64,000 bases of DNA from the IMG/VR virus record IMGVR_UViG_3300025707_000003, positions 64,001-128,000 of that record; one strand, given 5' to 3'. Positions 62,560 to 64,000 of the stretch are shown here, piece by piece. Within the stretch, counting starts at the first letter, position 1. Each line of letters starts with the position of its first letter. This DNA comes from a virus (Duplodnaviria; Caudoviricetes). The position numbers and the translations under genes were made by a program. The notes beneath the pieces were generated by a model. It made no database searches. It saw only the letters and a list, made by a program, of their open reading frames with translations, and was not told the origin of the DNA.

Positions 62560-63177
62560 ATGACAAAGGCGAACCCTAGAGCAGTAGCTGAACGCTATCT
62601 GCTTATAAAGCAAGCTCGTAGGATCACTGCCAGATCAAAGACAGCAGGTAGGGTTAAAACTGCTGGTGAAGTTCGCTTCATTAAAGATCATGGTGATGAT
62701 TCAAATGCGTGGGCTTGGGGACAACACCCACCTAGCCAACGCATTATGGACTCAAACCATATCTTCAATAAAAAGAGCACGAAGAACATAGCTAAAGTTC
62801 TTCGATCTACTTTATCTTCTCTTGGTCATGCGATGAGTGCATACACTACATTCGCTAAGATCAAGTCGAGGGATATTAGCCCCGATGGTAATCTTGGTGG
62901 TCGTGGGTATATCATGGAGATTAAAGCGATTCGTAGACAATATATGAATGTTGTAGAAGCTCTCTCTGCTATGTCTGATACACTCTATGATGAGATTACT
63001 GCTGACCATTGGAAAGTAGAACAGAGTAAAATGCTCAATCAAGTTATGGAAGAGGTTGAGGATATTAAAGATGACCCAGAAGCATGGGCTGTCGAAGTAG
63101 AAGAAGCACCAAAAGACCCAAAAAATGAGGAACTAACTAGAGACTTTAGTTCGCCTCGACCTCGAAAGGATACCTAA
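62560..63177 (+). CDS. Hypothetical late protein rich in K/R-x-A motifs
   Basis: RAVAERYLLIKQARRITARSKTAGRVKTAG. Confidence 0.7.
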   Translation: MTKANPRAVAERYLLIKQARRITARSKTAGRVKTAGEVRFIKDHGDDSNAWAWGQHPPSQRIMDSNHIFNKKSTKNIAKVLRSTLSSLGHAMSAYTTFAKIKSRDISPDGNLGGRGYIMEIKAIRRQYMNVVEALSAMSDTLYDEITADHWKVEQSKMLNQVMEEVEDIKDDPEAWAVEVEEAPKDPKNEELTRDFSSPRPRKDT

Positions 63178-63178
63178 A

Positions 63179-64000
63179 ATGAGTAAGAATAAAAGTCATA
63201 TGCCTAATGGTGGATACACCCTTACTCATGGGTCGAACTATATGATGGATGGATTCCACTTCGACACTGAATATGGTGGAGGACCCCAAGAAAAAGCTCG
63301 GCTACCCGAAGCAAAAGGGTTAGCTGATCTTCCAAGTGGAATGATCCCACTTGACAGTTCTGGTGTCTCGATGATTCCCGATGGAGTAGAACATCAAGCA
63401 GATCTTAATATGGACGAGATCACTCGTGAAGCAACTCAAGATGTGTCTTTAGTAGATCACTCATGGCTCGCTTCACAGCCAGAACCCGACCTAAGTGGTA
63501 TGAACGAGATGGAACAGGTTTATAAAGACCTCGCTGACGGACACATGAATAATGAATCTAATAATCAGCTCAAAGTACTTGAAAAGTCATGGGGTCAAAC
63601 AAGCACTACAGGTCTTGACATTATCCCCAATGAGAATAGACGACACGCTCCATATAGGAATACCTATAGTGATGAGCAATCTAATTTACCTGGTGATGAC
63701 TATCGTGAAGAGATGGAGCGTAACATCCGTAAGCTCGCTTATGGACACCCTATGAATGTCGTACTCTCTGAGGTAGATGAGTCTCAAGTCCTAGAGGTTA
63801 AAATCAAGCTCGCTTCTGAGTACGGTCTACATGGTCGTGTTTATGTTAAAGAAGAACACTTTCCTGGTCTTTTCAATGGTCGGTGGGACGAAGTTATCAA
63901 CAAGCGTTGTGCTACTGCAATGTATATCATCCCTAAAAACAAAGACTGTGCCTTTGATCGCTTCTTAGGTATGCAAGTCGTTAATGAGATCCCTTGGAAA
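63179..64000 (+). CDS. Partial hypothetical protein (runs off right edge)
   Basis: Hand-translated open frame MSKNKSHMPNGGY...VNEIPWK; absent from ORF track. Confidence 0.75.
   Translation, partial: MSKNKSHMPNGGYTLTHGSNYMMDGFHFDTEYGGGPQEKARLPEAKGLADLPSGMIPLDSSGVSMIPDGVEHQADLNMDEITREATQDVSLVDHSWLASQPEPDLSGMNEMEQVYKDLADGHMNNESNNQLKVLEKSWGQTSTTGLDIIPNENRRHAPYRNTYSDEQSNLPGDDYREEMERNIRKLAYGHPMNVVLSEVDESQVLEVKIKLASEYGLHGRVYVKEEHFPGLFNGRWDEVINKRCATAMYIIPKNKDCAFDRFLGMQVVNEIPWK

Noticed and set aside
1-64000. Stop-codon recoding (code 15 or 4), as in some large phages
   Set aside because: Long known genes are intact in code 11 and end in TAA, TAG or TGA; coding density is already high
1-64000. Eukaryotic giant virus (suggested by Topo IB, GSII, JmjC, EF-hand)
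   Set aside because: Shine-Dalgarno sites, coupled operons, DnaX/NusG, an amidase and a portal-protease-scaffold-HK97 module indicate a prokaryotic tailed virus

Overview
A 64-kb segment of a large, AT-rich dsDNA tailed phage (HK97-type head module, Shine-Dalgarno-led genes, standard code with TAA/TAG/TGA all used as stops). It carries a portal, prohead protease, acidic scaffold, decoration protein and major capsid protein. Replication and nucleotide genes include DnaX-like, SSB-like, topoisomerase IB, a stand-alone primase Zn finger, half of a Rad50/SbcC, dNK, dCMP deaminase and a three-part DNA methyltransferase. Transcription genes are NusG-like and a tandem sigma-4 HTH protein. Host-like or accessory genes include glutamine synthetase II, PhoH, sirtuin, Mesh1-like HD hydrolase, Dps-like, JmjC, CNNM, degenerate Cpn60 and an amidase, and there is a 2191-aa SF2-helicase polyvalent protein. 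The standout signal is a probable gene-capture and virion-targeting system. At least 12 otherwise unrelated ORFs carry the same 20-aa amphipathic leader (MRRSASEIINNLExRIARLE, conserved through synonymous changes). Most sit behind a conserved DNA module (TAGTTTATTTAT motif, small hairpin, AATGGAGA RBS). Several units are bracketed by 13-56-nt duplications of the neighbouring resident gene's 3' end or RBS, and one of these duplications differs only at synonymous sites. Two genome-wide promoter-like motifs, a tRNA-like ncRNA candidate and hints of a Gram-negative (possibly Myxococcota) host were also found. All family assignments come from motif recognition by eye; no database search was run.
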